Part shown: positions 8,465 to 16,055 of the stretch, in pieces
How the letters are laid out: the number at the start of each line of letters is the position of its first letter
Position numbering within the stretch: the first letter of the stretch is position 1
Origin: Chthonomonadales bacterium
Lineage (GTDB): Bacteria; Armatimonadota; Chthonomonadetes; Chthonomonadales; Chthonomonadaceae
Assembly (NCBI GenBank): GCA_038217285.1
Contig: JBBQPO010000076.1
Location: 1 to 21,571 of the forward strand
Reading direction: 5' to 3'
Length of the DNA stretch: 21,571 nucleotides
Notes under the pieces: generated by a model
What the model was told of the DNA's origin: nothing
Seen by the model: the letters and a program-made list of their open reading frames with translations, nothing else
The model's database searches: none
Made by a program: the position numbers and the translations under genes

Positions 8465-10396
8465 TTAAGGCACGGTGTTCACGACATGGAACAGCACCCC
8501 ACCGGTGACCAGACCGAGCACGACCAGCGCAGCGCCCCAGAACTTCCATCGGCGCAGCGTAAAGAGTTGAATCAGCAGCGGCGCTGCAATTAACGCTCCC
8601 ATCGGCAGGGAAACTGCCATCGCCTCCCGAGCCAGCGCGCTGTGTGCACCCGCCTGAGCAGAGACGCCCAGCACGAAGCACATAACGGCCATCAGCAGGC
8701 CACAGGCCAGACGCTCGGCCATGCCGACATTGGCGGCAACCCCGACGAGAAGCAGCATCATCGCCAGCAGTCCCGTCGTCAGGGAAGCGGAAGGGATCAG
8801 TCGTGTCATGGCCTGTGAGACGGAGCCGTTGGTTCCGAATGCAACCACCAGCACCGGCAGGAGCGTCACGAGGTACAACGGCACATACCATTTCGCGATC
8901 TGTCGGAAGGAGGGACGGGAGCGCAGCACGACCAGCCGAACAGGAATCTCGGCGATGCCGGCGCACGACTCAACGCGTACAGTCTCGTTAAACTCGCCTG
9001 TTTCCCAGGTCCGCGCCGAGTGGGCCATCAACGTAATCGTCTGGCGATGCCGGTCGAACGCCGTGGGATGAACTGTCAGCCAGCCAGGCGTAGAGAGAAC
9101 GCGCCCCTCGGCAGGCGTCTCGATGCCCACGACGCGGGCCAGAATTTTGACGGTGCGCGTCTCGCCTTTGAAGACCGTTCCAAAATCGACGCTTTGCGGA
9201 TCGACCAGAAGGCTGGCGTCTTTGCGCCGGAATAACCCGCCGCGAGAACGCTTGACCGGAACGACCGGAGTCTCGGATGGCGTCACTTCCGCGACGACGG
9301 TTCCCGGCCCCTCCCATGTTTGCGGGAGCGGTGCCGGTTCCGCGTGTTCCGGTCGTGCCCAAATAGGGAGCGCGCGGGCGGCAGGAAGGGGCTGCGTGGA
9401 GACGTCGGGGGTCGGAAGCGCCCCTCTGTCCGTCGCGCTGTATCCTGCTGCGGCTTCGCGTTTCATGCTGTCGGTCAGATCGTAATCGGGGACGCGCGGT
9501 TTGGGTCCGTGGCGTTGGGTCAGATCGTAGGCGGCGAGACGGCGTGCGGCGGTCTCTTTTTCTAGCCGCAGCGTGGAGGAGGCCAGGCTCTGACCTTCCC
9601 GCAGACGCAGCACATCGTCCCGGAACTCACCTGCCGTGCGATAGCGGCGGCTCTTGTCACGTTCGAGCGCGCGGTCGAGGATGGCGCGCAGGCCGAGCGG
9701 AGCCTCGGGCAGATAGTCGGTGATCGGAGTCGGAAGCTGGGTTTCCAGCACACGTTTCCAGGAGAACGGATCTTTGACGCGCGTCACCTGAAACGGCCGC
9801 TGTCCGGCGACCATCTCGTAGAGGGTGACGCCGACCGCCCAGATGTCGGACTGGCTGTCGGAGCGGTCCTCTTCCGCGAAGTCCTCCGGAGCCATATAGG
9901 CGTAGGTGCCCGCCCCGCCTGCATAGGCGTTGGTCGCCAGGATCTCGGCCAGACCGAAGTCCACCAGCTTGATTTCGCCATCGCGTCCGATCTGGATATT
10001 GGCCGGCTTGATGTCGCGATGTACGGTCTGCATACGGTGGGCGTAGTCGAGGGCGTCGAGCACCTGCGCGACGATGTCGAGCGCGCGGTCCAGCGGCATG
10101 ACGCCTTCGGCACGCAGGGTCTCCTGCATGTTCTGGCCGCGCACATACTCCATATCGATGACGACCTTGCCCTCGATACGATCAACACCGTTGACACGCA
10201 CGATATTGGGATGGCGGAGGCGATCCATCACCCGCGCCTCTTCCAGAAATCGACGCAGATCTCCCGCCTGCACATCGACCTCTTTCAAGGCGACCTGTTT
10301 GTTCAGGAGCGTGTCTTTGGCGAGATAGACGATGCCGGAGACGCCGTGTCCCAGCACATCCAGTCGCTCATATTTTCCCAGCATTCCCAGTGCCAT
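8465..10396 (-). CDS. Hanks-type Ser/Thr protein kinase with an Ig-like domain and about 5 C-terminal TM helices
   Basis: LGHGVSGIVY, VALKE, HRDIKPANI, DFG, GTYAYMAPE, DIWAVG. Ig/BACON-like segment VDPQSVDFGTV...PGWLTVHP; five hydrophobic helices at the C-terminus. Confidence 0.95.
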   Translation of the reverse strand: MALGMLGKYERLDVLGHGVSGIVYLAKDTLLNKQVALKEVDVQAGDLRRFLEEARVMDRLRHPNIVRVNGVDRIEGKVVIDMEYVRGQNMQETLRAEGVMPLDRALDIVAQVLDALDYAHRMQTVHRDIKPANIQIGRDGEIKLVDFGLAEILATNAYAGGAGTYAYMAPEDFAEEDRSDSQSDIWAVGVTLYEMVAGQRPFQVTRVKDPFSWKRVLETQLPTPITDYLPEAPLGLRAILDRALERDKSRRYRTAGEFRDDVLRLREGQSLASSTLRLEKETAARRLAAYDLTQRHGPKPRVPDYDLTDSMKREAAAGYSATDRGALPTPDVSTQPLPAARALPIWARPEHAEPAPLPQTWEGPGTVVAEVTPSETPVVPVKRSRGGLFRRKDASLLVDPQSVDFGTVFKGETRTVKILARVVGIETPAEGRVLSTPGWLTVHPTAFDRHRQTITLMAHSARTWETGEFNETVRVESCAGIAEIPVRLVVLRSRPSFRQIAKWYVPLYLVTLLPVLVVAFGTNGSVSQAMTRLIPSASLTTGLLAMMLLLVGVAANVGMAERLACGLLMAVMCFVLGVSAQAGAHSALAREAMAVSLPMGALIAAPLLIQLFTLRRWKFWGAALVVLGLVTGGVLFHVVNTVP

Positions 10397-10407
10397 GAAT
10401 TTCTCTG

Positions 10408-11961
10408 CTAATGCCCTGTCACAACCGTTGTTTCGATGCGGTAGAGTTTGTGGTTGTCGATGACGAAGAGGACGTCATCGGCATTGACCTGGATCCGGAC
10501 GGGGGCCTTGAGCCGTGATTTCCCGATGTCGGACCCGATGCGAGTGCCGCTCTTACTGTAGATACGAATGCTTTTGGTGTCGGGGTCGATGGCGAACAGG
10601 TTGCCGTTGGGGTCGAGTGCGAAGTCTGCGCGTGCCGACGGTGCGAACGGCGACGGGCGGCCTGTCGCCGGAAGTTCCGGCGACAGGCTCGGGAACGTAC
10701 CGCCGAGCAGATCCGTCGTGCCGTTGGGCTGCACACGAATGAGATTGCCGCTCAGGGCTGCTACAATGGGGTTGCCCTGACCGTCGAGCAGAAGACAGCC
10801 GTCCTGGACCTCTTTGGGCGTCAGCAGCTTTGGAATCCCATATTTTTGCAGGTCGTAGACCGGTTTCAGAGGCGTGATGATTTTCTCGTCCGGCCCTTTC
10901 TTGTTCATGAACCCACTCGAATAGAGCAGGTAGCCCTCCCCTACCGCAACGACCGCGAGCAGAAGCACCAGGCCGACCAGCAGGCCGTTCGCGCTGTCGG
11001 TCTGTTGCCGGGAACGGTGGGACGTCTGCTCCGGCTCGAGACGGTCGGGGCGCGGTTCCAGGCGACGGGTCGAAGTCACGGGCGCTTCGGCCGGCTCCTC
11101 CTCGTCTTCCTCAAGAGGGCGGCTGCGCATCTGCGTTCGCCACGCCTGGTCAGGATCGGTATCGTCCTCGTCCGTGGTCAGCGGCAGGGTAAACGGAACG
11201 AAATTGCCGTACCGCAGCGTCACGACGGTCACGTTATCGTGCCCGCCATGATCCAGCGCGGCCTGCACGAGTTTTTCACAGACCGCCTGGATATCGGCGT
11301 CACCGGCCAGAATCTGGGCGATCTCGGCATCGCGTATTTCTGAACTGAGACCATCGGAACAGAGGAGAACGGTGTCGCCCTCCTGCAGTGGGACGCGGAA
11401 GATATCGGTTTTCACCTCGGGTCCAAGGCCGATAGCGCGGGTAATACGGTTGCGGAACCGACTGCGCTGGGCCTCTTCGCGAGTCATGCGGTCGGCCAAA
11501 ACCTCCTGCCAGACTTCGGAGTGGTCGTCCGTGAGCTGCCGCAGTTTGCCGGCGCGGAGCAGATAGGCCCGACTGTCTCCCAGATTGGCGACGGTCAGCA
11601 TATCGTCCTTGACGATGGCTGTGACGCAGGTGGTGCCCATCTGCCTCAGGTCGGGCCGCTCGACTTTGCGGGTCGTCCAGACCTTGTGGTTGGCGCGGGC
11701 AAACGTCTCTCGCAGCATCTGCTCGACATCCAGCACGCTGCTCCGGCGATCATGGAGGAATTCGAGGATGGTATCCGGCACTGTCTGCGCCACGATGCGG
11801 GAGGCGATGTCGCCGCCCCCTGTCCCGCCCATGCCGTCCGCGAGGACCAGCAGCGCGTCCAATTGGCTGGAGAGATCGCTACGACGCAGAACCGCGTAAC
11901 TGTCCTGATTGCCGTTGCGCACGTTTCCCACGTGCGTTTTGAATCCGATTGTAAGAGCCAC
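10408..11961 (-). CDS. PP2C-family Ser/Thr phosphatase (PstP/PrpC/Stp1-like) with a TM helix and extracytoplasmic beta-repeat domain
   Basis: RNGNQD, LADGMGG, MGTT, NLGDSRAY, LLCSDGL, GGHDNVT. TM LLVGLVLLLAVVAVGEGYLLY; NHL-like repeats (DFALDPNGNLFAID, RIQVNADDVLFVID). GTG start with GAAGG RBS. Confidence 0.93.
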   Translation of the reverse strand: MALTIGFKTHVGNVRNGNQDSYAVLRRSDLSSQLDALLVLADGMGGTGGGDIASRIVAQTVPDTILEFLHDRRSSVLDVEQMLRETFARANHKVWTTRKVERPDLRQMGTTCVTAIVKDDMLTVANLGDSRAYLLRAGKLRQLTDDHSEVWQEVLADRMTREEAQRSRFRNRITRAIGLGPEVKTDIFRVPLQEGDTVLLCSDGLSSEIRDAEIAQILAGDADIQAVCEKLVQAALDHGGHDNVTVVTLRYGNFVPFTLPLTTDEDDTDPDQAWRTQMRSRPLEEDEEEPAEAPVTSTRRLEPRPDRLEPEQTSHRSRQQTDSANGLLVGLVLLLAVVAVGEGYLLYSSGFMNKKGPDEKIITPLKPVYDLQKYGIPKLLTPKEVQDGCLLLDGQGNPIVAALSGNLIRVQPNGTTDLLGGTFPSLSPELPATGRPSPFAPSARADFALDPNGNLFAIDPDTKSIRIYSKSGTRIGSDIGKSRLKAPVRIQVNADDVLFVIDNHKLYRIETTVVTGH

Positions 11962-12010
11962 GTGCCTTCTTTCAGACCGTTGTCGTATGTTGACCCAAGC
12001 CGTGCGACGT

Positions 12011-12109
12011 CTACTCGCGCTCCCGTCGCAGCATCTGAAACAGCACCAGCAGGAACAGCCCGAACCCGACCGGCAAGGCGATGCGCAACAACGAGAAAAT
12101 CCAGTTCAT
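12011..12109 (-). CDS. Unannotated 32-aa single-TM peptide
   Basis: ATG AAC TGG...GAG TAG encodes MNWIFSLLRIALPVGFGLFLLVLFQMLRRERE. Purine-rich RBS (GAGGAGAAGGGTGA) follows the fhaA-like stop; GC-rich codon usage; fills the operon gap. Confidence 0.7.
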   Translation of the reverse strand: MNWIFSLLRIALPVGFGLFLLVLFQMLRRERE

Positions 12110-12125
12110 GCTCTCACCCTTCTCC

Positions 12126-13406
12126 TCAGCTCCCGCCGACGAAGCGCAGCGTCAGGTCGCCGAGACCGATGTGGTCGCCGTCCTTGAGCGCGGTCGGTTT
12201 GTGAGCGGGCAGGCGAATCCCGTTTAGCGCGGTCAGCGCGCTGTCGCTCAGGCATTCGAGCGTATAGCCGTCGCCATCGTTGAGCAGGCGGGCATGGCGT
12301 GTGGCGATGGAGCGATCCGGCAGCACGACGTCATTGGTCACGCCTCGCCCGATCAGGGTCTCCGAGCCGAGCATCACCTCGTCCACATCCTGTTCGCCTT
12401 CCATGATCATCAGTCGCGCGGTATGGGGACGCAGTCGGCGCGACGGCGGGGAAGAGCTGCCCATGCCGTCCTCGGAGCGCACGGCTGCTGCGCCGCCGTA
12501 GGTTCCCTGCGGCCAGGCTCCGTTCGCGCTTGCGGCCAGGCTCGTTTCGCGTTCGGCGCTCTCGCTCCGACCCTGCTGCTGGAACGTGATCCGTGTCGCG
12601 CCGAGCGTGATCTCATCGCTGTCGTTGAGGACGCGGTTGTCCACCCGTCTGCCGTTGACCTTGGTCCCGTTGGTGCTTCCGAGGTCGTAGAGCGTAAAGC
12701 GGCCAGCCGAATCCATCTCGATGCGGGCATGCCGTTTCGACAACTGCCCGTCGCTTTCGATCACAAGGTCGTTACCGACGCGGGGTGAGCGCCCGATACT
12801 GATGGCTCCTCGCGCGATGGCGAACCGGTGCGGGGGCCGATCCGGGGCGTAGACGATGAGAGCGGCAGAGGCGACGGAGGGCACCGTCCCCTCTTCCATG
12901 TCATGATCGCCCCAGGCGCTGGCGACGGTGCGCTCCTCGAACGGAACAGCGGAAAGCGCCGCGTTCAGAGCGCCGGCCGGCTGCGGGTGCGCGAACTCCG
13001 GCTTCGGTTCCGGAGCGGTGACTTTGGTATCGTAGCGGCAACGGACGCGTACTTTCTCGCGCTTCCCGTTTTCGGCCTCCATCTCCTCGACCTCTTTGAT
13101 GGTGAAATCGAGTGTGCCGCGAATATGATAATGATTCTGCTGGCAGTAGCGGCGGAGCGCCACTTCCAGCTCATCCCGGTCCAGGAAGGAGAGCAGGTAC
13201 TGCTTCTCTTCCTCATCGTGGACGTTGATCTCCAGCACATACTGGTTCGGCACATAGACACGGCTGTCGAAGCCCTCTTTGCGGTGGTCCTCCATTGCGG
13301 CGATAATGCGCCGGAGGATGTCTTTGGGGCGCACATCGTCGCCCCCGCCGAACAGCCCTTCGTACCACGAGCCAAACGACCGATTGATCTTTTCGAATAA
13401 GTCCAT
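12126..13406 (-). CDS. fhaA: FhaA-like protein: DUF3662 domain + two FHA domains
   Basis: N-terminal MDLFEKINRSFGSWYEGLF...VRPKDI...YVPNQY (DUF3662-like). FHA1: IGRS...SKRHARI...DLGSTNGTKVNG. FHA2: IGRGVTNDVVLPDRSIATRHARL. ATG 13406 chosen for its AGGA RBS. Confidence 0.85.
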   Translation of the reverse strand: MDLFEKINRSFGSWYEGLFGGGDDVRPKDILRRIIAAMEDHRKEGFDSRVYVPNQYVLEINVHDEEEKQYLLSFLDRDELEVALRRYCQQNHYHIRGTLDFTIKEVEEMEAENGKREKVRVRCRYDTKVTAPEPKPEFAHPQPAGALNAALSAVPFEERTVASAWGDHDMEEGTVPSVASAALIVYAPDRPPHRFAIARGAISIGRSPRVGNDLVIESDGQLSKRHARIEMDSAGRFTLYDLGSTNGTKVNGRRVDNRVLNDSDEITLGATRITFQQQGRSESAERETSLAASANGAWPQGTYGGAAAVRSEDGMGSSSPPSRRLRPHTARLMIMEGEQDVDEVMLGSETLIGRGVTNDVVLPDRSIATRHARLLNDGDGYTLECLSDSALTALNGIRLPAHKPTALKDGDHIGLGDLTLRFVGGS

Positions 13407-13515
13407 TGCTGTCCTGTCCGTCCTGCATTCTCTGCCATAGCGGAAGAGTACAGAAGGGGCGCATCCCGCCATCTCGCATAGAATTTCGGCGGAGGTTGTG
13501 GGGCTACGTGCCTTC

Positions 13516-13544
13516 ATTATAGTCTATGACGGACTTTCCGTCAA
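13516..13544 (-). promoter_or_regulatory. Sigma70 promoter of the fhaA operon with an overlapping 7-3-7 inverted repeat
   Basis: TTGACG (13544-13539), 17-nt spacer, TATAAT (13521-13516); TGACGGA-ctt-TCCGTCA at 13527-13543. Confidence 0.75.
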
Positions 13545-13607
13545 TCCGGTTGCAGAAAGGTTAGACCCGAGACAGACGATTCTCCGTCGAACCGACGGCT
13601 CCTCATT

Positions 13608-14558
13608 CTACTTCCTATAGACGTTTTTCTGATGCCATGCCAGCGCTTCAGAGGCAGGCGCGTACTGTACCTGCGCGGGAATAAGGAGGCAAACGCCTTC
13701 GGGGAGGTACGCTGCGGCGTTTCTGAGACACGGAGAGAGCAGAATTTTGTAGTCGGCGGTCGCGGTAAACCAGCCTGCATCAAAGCCCCAATGGTGGTTT
13801 TTGCAGAGAGAGATGCCGTTACGCGGATCGTCATTGTGGAAGAGGCCGAATGGCATAATGTGGGCGGCATCCACCAGGTCGCGACCGTCCTCTGTGTGGA
13901 CATTCAGACGACAGACAGCGCACGAATCGTTGTAGAGCGACCGGATTACTTTTGGAAAGAGTGCGTGTCGGACGTAATACCCCGTTTCGTCGTGGTCCTC
14001 CCGAACCTGCTTTGGACGGAATTTACTGTTCGCTTCGGCCTTGAGTTTCTCCGCTTCGTAGTCCAACGGGTTCGAATGCAGACCTGGCTGGACATCCGCT
14101 ACTCCCCTACTGAAATAGCGTTCGAGCAGGAAAATTCTCAGAGTGCTACGTGCAGCCCGATCCTGCAAGAGCTCCCAGAGGTCAGATGCCAGAACCGCGC
14201 CGTCCGTTTCCGCCATCAACTGCCGGATAGACGGGTTCATACCAAGCGACTGCGTGGAGACAGGAAACCCATTTTTGATCAGTTCCCAAAACCCCTCCTG
14301 CATCATAAATCGGAAAGGATTAGCTATTCGTTCCTGCCACGTATCTTTCGTCACCAGTACGCGCCAGTAGTCACGGAACGCAATGATTAGATTCAGCGTG
14401 AGTCCAATGCGATTTTCCACAATGCGTCCGCGTTCCATCTCGTCCAGCACGGCAAGCAGGAGAATAGGCTTGTGAGGCGCTCCACCCCACCGTGGATTCT
14501 GGTTGCGGTGCAGATGGCCGAAAATGCCGAGATATTCGCTTAACCGATCTATGGGCAT
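13608..14558 (-). CDS. HNH endonuclease with an N-terminal SBD-like domain (putative modification/phosphorothioate-dependent type IV restriction enzyme)
   Basis: N-terminal APHKPILLLAVLD and NPFRFM...FWEL. C-terminal HNH: CAVC...VDAAHIMPF...DDPRNGISLCKNHHWGFDAG. Confidence 0.85.
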   Translation of the reverse strand: MPIDRLSEYLGIFGHLHRNQNPRWGGAPHKPILLLAVLDEMERGRIVENRIGLTLNLIIAFRDYWRVLVTKDTWQERIANPFRFMMQEGFWELIKNGFPVSTQSLGMNPSIRQLMAETDGAVLASDLWELLQDRAARSTLRIFLLERYFSRGVADVQPGLHSNPLDYEAEKLKAEANSKFRPKQVREDHDETGYYVRHALFPKVIRSLYNDSCAVCRLNVHTEDGRDLVDAAHIMPFGLFHNDDPRNGISLCKNHHWGFDAGWFTATADYKILLSPCLRNAAAYLPEGVCLLIPAQVQYAPASEALAWHQKNVYRK

Positions 14559-14580
14559 AGGTCGTAATCAGATGGCGGGT

Positions 14581-14769
14581 TCATTTGGGAGTGTGGCGAT
14601 TCATGTATATGGTGACGATGGTACCGATTATCAGGATCAAGGCCAGAGCGCCGAGGCCGGTATAGAACCACATTAGCGGCCAATGCATCACGGCAAACAG
14701 AATGACCGTTCCAATCAGACAAACTATACCGACGGAAAGCATCCGTTCAGGGGATGAATGGCGCATCAT
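14581..14769 (-). CDS. Small 2-TM membrane protein
   Basis: 62 aa with two hydrophobic helices; GAGGT RBS. Confidence 0.65.
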   Translation of the reverse strand: MMRHSSPERMLSVGIVCLIGTVILFAVMHWPLMWFYTGLGALALILIIGTIVTIYMNRHTPK

Positions 14770-14853
14770 TTACCTCTCCCGCTCCGGTACGGCCGTTTTC
14801 TGTTTTCTCTGCCGGTCGCACCACCGCCCTCTTATCCAGGCTTTTCATAGGTG

Positions 14854-15231
14854 TCAATGGCCGCTCGTCATATTGGGACTGCCGGCAGGTGCGCCCACGA
14901 CCTTTTTGTAGGTTACGGTCAGTCCTTTTGTGTCCAGGTTGTCTAACAGCGTTCTATCACTTGTGAGCTGATAGTGGTAACGGGAGGGCACTGAGCCGGA
15001 CAGAGACAGGGTTCCCCAGAACAACCGCCATGCGCCTGAACGTTCCGGCTGCTGTGGATCACGCATCGTATACGTATGGTCGGATCGAAGTTCCAGCCAG
15101 CTTTGACTATTTTCTATATTTTGCCACCGGCCTACAGCAAACGCGGGCCACTGCGAGGTATAGAGGAGAATGCTCACCGCGACCACGAAGAAGACTGTCC
15201 ACGGAATCCAGAACGACCTTTTCTTTTTCAT
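14854..15231 (-). CDS. Small membrane-anchored/exported hypothetical protein
   Basis: MKKKR followed by a TM helix, then a beta-rich segment (VGRW...LELRSDHTYT...SGAW); TATAAT (15254-15249) and AGGGGG upstream. Confidence 0.7.
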   Translation of the reverse strand: MKKKRSFWIPWTVFFVVAVSILLYTSQWPAFAVGRWQNIENSQSWLELRSDHTYTMRDPQQPERSGAWRLFWGTLSLSGSVPSRYHYQLTSDRTLLDNLDTKGLTVTYKKVVGAPAGSPNMTSGH

Positions 15232-15295
15232 GCTTATGCCCCCTAAACATTATACCCGCAGGGCCAGCATCTTGCGGTCGATGGCCTCTTCGTCG

Positions 15296-15523
15296 TCACC
15301 AGCGGACAATAGTGACGGCATCCAGCTTCAGCGTCCCGACGACCTGGGTGAACTCACAGTCGGGGTCGTTCCAAAACACGATCCGATGGCGTTCCTTCGT
15401 GAAGAGCCGCTGCAAACCACTCACGATCTGCGTCGTGTCCATGTCTGCGTGACCAAAAAGGCTCGCACTTTGCCCGCCTGTCGCGTCCGACGTTTCCTGC
15501 AAACTGTCGTTTAGATCCGCCAT
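15296..15523 (-). pseudogene. pglZ: Truncated BREX-1 PglZ (N-terminal fragment only)
   Basis: MDTTQIVSGLQRLFTKERHRIVFWNDPDCEF...LKLDAVTIVR matches the PglZ type A N-terminal motif RIVFWxDPxxEF. Stops after 75 aa, whereas intact PglZ is roughly 800+ aa. Confidence 0.85.
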
Positions 15524-15527
15524 CGGG

Positions 15528-16055
15528 TCAGGGCTTCCGCTTTACCGAATGGGGCGCGAGTTTTCGGTTCCATGAATCCATGTTCACCACCACGACATCG
15601 AATTGGGAAGCCCAGGGCGCCTGGAACGGCCCCGGCAAAAAACAGAGGCGCTTCAATTTGTCCTGAACGGTCAGCAGCATGGCCGCATCAAGGCGCGCTA
15701 ATCCGAGAAAGACGATGTACCGAATTTCATTGGTCGGAGCACGGTGGGCAAGCGCCAGATAGACGAGCGTATCTTTGAGTTTGGGAGCCAGTTCACGCGA
15801 ATAGAGCGTACCGGATCGCATCTTCTTGCGGAAGGAATTGCGGTTATGGGCAACATGAGGCGCGGGAATTTTGCTGTTTTCGGGGTCTTTGGCCTCTATC
15901 AGCCATGTTTGCAGGGCAGATTGAACAATAAAGTCCACCCGCTTCATCTGCACATGGCCCATCCCGTGGGTGTTATCGTCGTCAAACCGATCCGGAGTAA
16001 AGGCGTCGTCAAACGTGAAGATCAGATCCCCTTCGTCGATCTCTGTCGGCATCAT
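15528..16055 (-). CDS. Hypothetical protein with a PD-(D/E)xK nuclease-like motif; partner of the ATPase
   Basis: KRVDFIV-x7-WLIEAKDP (D...ExK); ATGA overlap with the upstream ATPase stop. Confidence 0.7.
   Translation of the reverse strand: MMPTEIDEGDLIFTFDDAFTPDRFDDDNTHGMGHVQMKRVDFIVQSALQTWLIEAKDPENSKIPAPHVAHNRNSFRKKMRSGTLYSRELAPKLKDTLVYLALAHRAPTNEIRYIVFLGLARLDAAMLLTVQDKLKRLCFLPGPFQAPWASQFDVVVVNMDSWNRKLAPHSVKRKP

Noticed and set aside
13407-13517. N-terminal extension of fhaA in the ORF track
   Set aside because: Its ATG lies in the -10 box of the promoter; domain similarity and an RBS begin at 13406.
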